From NCBI GenBank assembly GCA_965371515.1, contig CBDUYR010000009.1, positions 1-64,000 of the forward strand: a DNA stretch of 64,000 nucleotides. The letters run 5' to 3'. The DNA comes from an uncultured bacterium. Lineage in GTDB: Bacteria; Krumholzibacteriota; Krumholzibacteriia; Krumholzibacteriales; Krumholzibacteriaceae. Below are positions 59,845 through 64,000 of this stretch, in pieces. Position numbers and translations under genes: made by a program. Numbering within the stretch: position 1 is the first letter of the stretch; every line of letters starts with the position of its first letter. The notes under the pieces are model-generated. The model ran no database searches, was not told the origin of the DNA, and was given only the letters and a program-made list of their open reading frames with translations.

Positions 59845-59920
59845 TGGTGGGAACTACAGGATTTGAACCTGTGACTTCTACCGTGTGAAGATAGCACTCT
59901 AACCACTGAGTTAAGCTCCC
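59845..59920 (-). tRNA. tRNA-Val (CAC)
   Basis: GGGAGCT/AGTTCCC acceptor stem, anticodon arm CTATC-TTCACAC-GGTAG, T-loop GGTTCAAATCC and encoded CCA; 76 nt. Confidence 0.95.
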
Positions 59921-59937
59921 ACCCAACGGCAGAATCT

Positions 59938-59966
59938 ATGATAACGACTCCCCTGCCCGCGGGCAA
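59938..59966 (-). promoter_or_regulatory. Putative sigma-70 promoter of tRNA-Val
   Basis: TTGCCC-17 bp-TATCAT on the minus strand. Confidence 0.5.
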
Positions 59967-59983
59967 GGGAGAATCACTGGATT

Positions 59984-60301
59984 CTAGTGGGCCGATGTAT
60001 CGGGCGGCTCCCAGTCGGCCAGTGTCTTTCTCAGGATCGGGTTATCCTCGTCCTGATTATATTCCTCGAGTATCTTCTTCGCCTTCTCGAGGTCTTTATT
60101 CCTGACCATGATCCTGACGGCGCCCATGCCGTCAACGGTAAAGGGAAGGGCGCTGAACGTCTGTTGGGACCGCATCATCGCCTCGATACCCTCTGACTCG
60201 AGAAGTCCGATTATCACCTGCGCGTTCATCTCTCCCTGAACGGAGATGAGCTCGGTCAGGCTTTTCTCGTTTTCCTCTTCGCGTCTTTTCTCTTCTGTCA
60301 T
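59984..60301 (-). CDS. DUF2007-like protein
   Basis: AQVIIGLLESEGIEA...VRIMV...DLEKAKKIL; GAGG RBS. Confidence 0.75.
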   Translation of the reverse strand: MTEEKRREEENEKSLTELISVQGEMNAQVIIGLLESEGIEAMMRSQQTFSALPFTVDGMGAVRIMVRNKDLEKAKKILEEYNQDEDNPILRKTLADWEPPDTSAH

Positions 60302-60370
60302 TTTCCACCTCGCATCGCTGTGACTATCTGTGATATTACTACTGAATCGAATATCCGGCAAGGAGGCATG

Positions 60371-61225
60371 ATGAATCTCGGAGCGCACATGTCGATCGCG
60401 GGCGGCGTCCACCTCGCGCTCCAGCGGGGGAAGTCGGTCGGTTGCAACGCCGTACAGCTCTTCGTGAAGAGCTCCAACCAGTGGCGCGCAAAGGCGTTGT
60501 CGCCTGAGGAGATCGACCTCTTCCACAAGGAGAGCGCTTCTCTAACACCGGGTTTCGTGATCGCGCACACGAGCTACCTGATAAATATCGCCTCGCCCGA
60601 CCCGGCGCTTCTGAAAAAGTCCGCCGATTCCCTCCTTGTCGAACTCGAGAGGTGCTCCGTTCTCAAGATCCCATATCTCGTCCTTCACCCCGGCTCGCAC
60701 CGTGGCGCGGGCATCGATCAGGGGATCGGGACGATCGCCGCGACTCTCAACGGTCTCTTCGAGAAGACAGCAGGCGACGGCGTGTCGATCCTCCTCGAGA
60801 TCACCGCCGGACAGGGCAACACGATCGGCTCGACCTTCGAGGAACTCGCCGGTATCATCGATCTCATCGAGGACCGCTCGCGCGTCGGCGTCTGCTTCGA
60901 CACATGCCACGCTTTCGCCGCCGGATACGACATAAGGACAAAGAAGACGTACAATGCCACATTCAGGGCCCTTGACGACATCGTCGGGTTCGACTATCTC
61001 AAAGCCTTCCATCTCAACGATTCGCTGAAGGAGTTCGGCAGCCGGCGCGATCGGCACACCCACATAGGAAAGGGCGAGATAGGCATCGAGGCATTCGCCA
61101 ACCTGATGCGGGACAAACGTTTCCTCGACCGGCCGATGGTTCTGGAAACGCCGAAGGGGCCGGACATGAAGGAAGACGTCGAGAACCTCGCTCTGCTGCG
61201 CAGCCTGCGCAATGCAAAGAAATGA
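60371..61225 (+). CDS. nfo: Endonuclease IV
   Basis: GAHMSIAGG, HTSYLIN, LHPGS, E.TAGQG, DTCH, HLNDS, DRH and LETP motifs. Confidence 0.95.
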   Translation: MNLGAHMSIAGGVHLALQRGKSVGCNAVQLFVKSSNQWRAKALSPEEIDLFHKESASLTPGFVIAHTSYLINIASPDPALLKKSADSLLVELERCSVLKIPYLVLHPGSHRGAGIDQGIGTIAATLNGLFEKTAGDGVSILLEITAGQGNTIGSTFEELAGIIDLIEDRSRVGVCFDTCHAFAAGYDIRTKKTYNATFRALDDIVGFDYLKAFHLNDSLKEFGSRRDRHTHIGKGEIGIEAFANLMRDKRFLDRPMVLETPKGPDMKEDVENLALLRSLRNAKK

Positions 61226-61304
61226 TTTCGCTTGAGTCTGCGCCTTTACCCTCATATACTTCCATTTCCGCAAACATGAAATTCATGACGGCCAGGAGGA
61301 TATA

Positions 61305-62243
61305 ATGATGTACGACGTAGCGATTATCGGATCGGGACCTGCAGGGCTTACCGCGGCTATCTACACCTGCCGCGCCGACCTCAAGACGATCGTGATGGAC
61401 GGGATGGCGCCGGGCGGCCAGTTGATGATCACATCCGAGGTAGATAACTTTCCGGGTTTCCCCGATGGGATCGAGGGACCCGAACTGATGGGAAAGATGA
61501 GGAAGCAGGCGGAGAAGTTCGGAGCCGAGTTCAAGGGAGGAGAACTCTCCGCGATAGATACCGACAGCAAGCCGTTCAAGCTCACCGCCGGAGGCGACAC
61601 CTTCGAGGCGAAAAGCGTGATCATCGCCACCGGTTCATCATCGAGATGGCTCGGGCTCGAGTCGGAGCAGGAGTTGCGCGGCAAGGGCGTGTCGGCATGC
61701 GCGACCTGCGACGGGTTCTTCTTCCAGGACCGCGTTGTGGCCGTCATCGGAGGCGGGGACGCAGCGGCTGAGGAGGCTACCTTCCTGACGCGCTTCGCCA
61801 GCAAGGTCTACCTCGTCCACAGGCGCGACGAGCTGAGAGCCTCTGCCGCGATGCAGAAGAGGACTTTCGATAGCGACAAGATCGAGATCATATGGGACTC
61901 GGTACCGGTCGATATCCTCGACAAAGCCGCGGGCAAGGTCACAGCGCTAGTACTGAAAAACGTCAAGACCGATGAGACAACCGAGCTTCCAGTCGACGGC
62001 GTCTTCGTGGCGATCGGCCACGATCCGGCGACCGGCATCTTCGCTGGCAAGATCGAGCTCGACAAGGCCGGGTATATTATCCCCGGCGAGAACTCATCTA
62101 CATCGGTACCGGGGATATTCGTCGCGGGCGACGTCAGCGACACGAGATACAAGCAGGCTATATCGGCCGCCGGCAGCGGCTGCAGAGCCGCGATCGACGC
62201 CCTGAAATTCCTCGAAGGTGAGGAAACAAGCGCGGGATGGTAA
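61305..62243 (+). CDS. trxB: Thioredoxin-disulfide reductase
   Basis: GSGPAG, GVSACATCDG, GGGD.A.EEA, HRRD and AGDV motifs. Confidence 0.95.
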   Translation: MMYDVAIIGSGPAGLTAAIYTCRADLKTIVMDGMAPGGQLMITSEVDNFPGFPDGIEGPELMGKMRKQAEKFGAEFKGGELSAIDTDSKPFKLTAGGDTFEAKSVIIATGSSSRWLGLESEQELRGKGVSACATCDGFFFQDRVVAVIGGGDAAAEEATFLTRFASKVYLVHRRDELRASAAMQKRTFDSDKIEIIWDSVPVDILDKAAGKVTALVLKNVKTDETTELPVDGVFVAIGHDPATGIFAGKIELDKAGYIIPGENSSTSVPGIFVAGDVSDTRYKQAISAAGSGCRAAIDALKFLEGEETSAGW

Positions 62244-62246
62244 TCG

Positions 62247-62996
62247 ATGAATGATTTCAGCGGAAAGAAGGCGCTCGTAACGGGAGGTTCGCGGGGGCTC
62301 GGCAAGGCAATATCCCTCGAGCTGGCCCGGCGCGGCGCCGACATAGCGATCAACTACGTGAAGAACGAAGTAGCGGCCGAGGAGACGGCAGGAGAGATCC
62401 GTGCGCTCGGCGTCGAGTGCATCGTCCTGCAGGCCGACGTCTCCGACCACAAGTCGGTCAAGGAGCTGTTCAAGTCGTTAAAGGAGGGATTCGGGCATAT
62501 CGACATGCTCGTATCCAATGCTGTTTCGGGCGTGCTCGGGCCGGCCGACAGGATCGGCAGACTCGGCTGGGAGAAGGCGATGAACACCAACGCCCGCTCC
62601 TTCATGCTTCTGATGCAGCAGGCGATAAAGCTCTTCCCCGAAACGGGCGGCAGGGCCGTCGCAATCTCCTCGATCGGCAGCCATACATGCCTGTCGGGAT
62701 ATACAGCCGTCGGAGCGAGCAAGGCAGCGCTCGAGGCGCTTGTCAGATACTTCGGCAGGGAGCTCGCCCCCCGGGGCATTGGCGTAAACGCCGTCTCGGG
62801 CGGTCCGATACAAACCTCTGCTCTCGACTACTTCCCCGACAAGGATCAGCTCCTCGAGGAATGGACAGCGCGGTCACCGCAGAAGAGGATCGCTCAGCCG
62901 GAAGATATCGCGCCTGTCGTCGCCTTTCTACTCTCTGAGGATGCGCACTGGATTGCGGGACAGACGATCGTAGTCGATGGCGGCATGACCCTGTGA
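62247..62996 (+). CDS. SDR oxidoreductase, FabL-like enoyl-ACP reductase
   Basis: TGGSRGLG, LVSNA.SGV and YTAVGASKAALE motifs. Confidence 0.8.
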   Translation: MNDFSGKKALVTGGSRGLGKAISLELARRGADIAINYVKNEVAAEETAGEIRALGVECIVLQADVSDHKSVKELFKSLKEGFGHIDMLVSNAVSGVLGPADRIGRLGWEKAMNTNARSFMLLMQQAIKLFPETGGRAVAISSIGSHTCLSGYTAVGASKAALEALVRYFGRELAPRGIGVNAVSGGPIQTSALDYFPDKDQLLEEWTARSPQKRIAQPEDIAPVVAFLLSEDAHWIAGQTIVVDGGMTL

Positions 62997-63069
62997 ATTT
63001 GACAATTGAGCGGATCGACAATATCTTGATCCGTACCGATTATCGATACGATATACGAAAGGAATACAG

Positions 63070-63576
63070 ATGGAAGAAAGACAGGATCTAACGACTCTCG
63101 AGGTTCTGACCGTAGGAATCAAGGCCGAGATGGCGGCGGTCGCGCTCTATACGAAGATGAAGGAGATGTCGGCCGGAAAAGATCTTAAGGAGACGATGGA
63201 CTTCCTGATCGGCCAGGAGCAACGTCACGAGGAGATCATGAGGGAAGCCTTCGCGAAGCAGTTCCCTGACGTCGATCTGAAGCTCCCGAAGAACTCGATT
63301 GTCCCGACGATCGACGACAACCTCGATAATAAAGCTGGGATGAAAGAGTTGTTCGAGAAGGCGATGGAGGCGGAAAAGAAGGCGAACGAGTTCTACACCA
63401 ACCTAGCCTCCGGGACACGCGACCCGAACAGCAGGAAGCTCCTCGAGTACCTCGCAAGCATGGAACGCAGCCACCTCTCGATACTCCAGGCCGAGTATCA
63501 CCAGTTCGAGCTCTCGACCGACCAGGATCTCGACGATTTCCTCAGAGGCGAGCGGATGATGCACTTCGGTCCGTGA
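63070..63576 (+). CDS. Ferritin-like (rubrerythrin diiron domain) protein
   Basis: Two E..A..Y / E..H pairs (EQRH, ERSH). Confidence 0.82.
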   Translation: MEERQDLTTLEVLTVGIKAEMAAVALYTKMKEMSAGKDLKETMDFLIGQEQRHEEIMREAFAKQFPDVDLKLPKNSIVPTIDDNLDNKAGMKELFEKAMEAEKKANEFYTNLASGTRDPNSRKLLEYLASMERSHLSILQAEYHQFELSTDQDLDDFLRGERMMHFGP

Positions 63577-63582
63577 TCGACT

Positions 63583-64000
63583 CTACCGCGTGTGGAAATC
63601 GATCATGTCCTCGATCGCCTTCCTGCATACGGGGCAGAAATCGACCAGGCCTTTCTCGAACATCCTGCACGTTGAGTACGGCCTGTACAGCCCCTCAGCC
63701 GAATAGCCGGCGCCCTCGAAGCAGCCTACAATGTCTGTGTGAAGCGAGTCATCGGGAGTCGGAACAGGCGTTCCTTCTTCTATCATATCACCCCACTTGA
63801 CGTTTTCCGGATCGAGAAGGGCTGTGATGTTCGGCTCCCACGGCTCTATCCCCCGCGGGTACATCTCGTTGTACGCAACCGCCGAAGAGTAGTATTCGTC
63901 GGCCAGCCCGGCAAAGGCGTGACCGAATTCATGCGTGAAGATGTAGCCGTCGTGTTCGTTGTCCGAGACGCAGGTCGCGTAGAGGTTTAAGATACCCCCT
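63583..64000 (-). CDS. M64 family metallopeptidase, C-terminal part (truncated at the right edge)
   Basis: Manual translation upstream of the listed ORF gives FTHEFGHAFAGLADEYY, then EPWEPNIT, FEGAGY...GLYRP...CRM and FCPVC. Confidence 0.88.
   Translation of the reverse strand, partial: GGILNLYATCVSDNEHDGYIFTHEFGHAFAGLADEYYSSAVAYNEMYPRGIEPWEPNITALLDPENVKWGDMIEEGTPVPTPDDSLHTDIVGCFEGAGYSAEGLYRPYSTCRMFEKGLVDFCPVCRKAIEDMIDFHTR

Noticed and set aside
58380..59845. Prophage or integrative island with an att duplication at tRNA-Val
   Set aside because: No integrase and no repeat of the tRNA 3' end were seen; an integron cassette remnant fits better.
59845..59920. tRNA-Sec, because the anticodon loop contains UCA
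   Set aside because: The 7-nt loop centres on CAC, the length is 76 nt and there is no long variable arm, so it is tRNA-Val.
59711..59926. 71-aa ORF over the tRNA
   Set aside because: It is a spurious translation of tRNA-Val.

Overview
High-GC bacterial chromosome segment made mostly of housekeeping and signalling genes. The gene content suggests a diderm, possibly of the Krumholzibacteriota/Latescibacterota type, but this is a low-confidence impression. It contains a pyrR-pyrB-pyrC operon with a readable PyrR attenuator, a solo DUF222-like/HNH nuclease gene, larB-larC next to dusB, tmk, rsmI, ltaE, HU, a preQ0 cluster (queD-queC-DUF366-queE), rsgA, several proteases, nfo, trxB and tRNA-Val(CAC). 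Four signals are not explained by the ORF track. (1) A probable selenoprotein (UshA-like, CGU motif) is split at an in-frame TGA at 47594-47596. (2) Three sigma-54 (-24/-12) promoter motifs precede a ~70-nt hairpin small RNA candidate, a giant-TPR gene pair and an FHA/phosphoesterase/Ser-Thr-kinase operon, all near a 1544-aa STAND-TPR-GAF sigma-54 activator; together these form a candidate signalling regulon. (3) An integrase-less integron cassette remnant with an attC site lies downstream of tRNA-Val. (4) Short tandem duplications recur at gene termini, including a histone-like tail on PyrR. All calls come from reading the sequence and recalling family motifs; no database searches were run.
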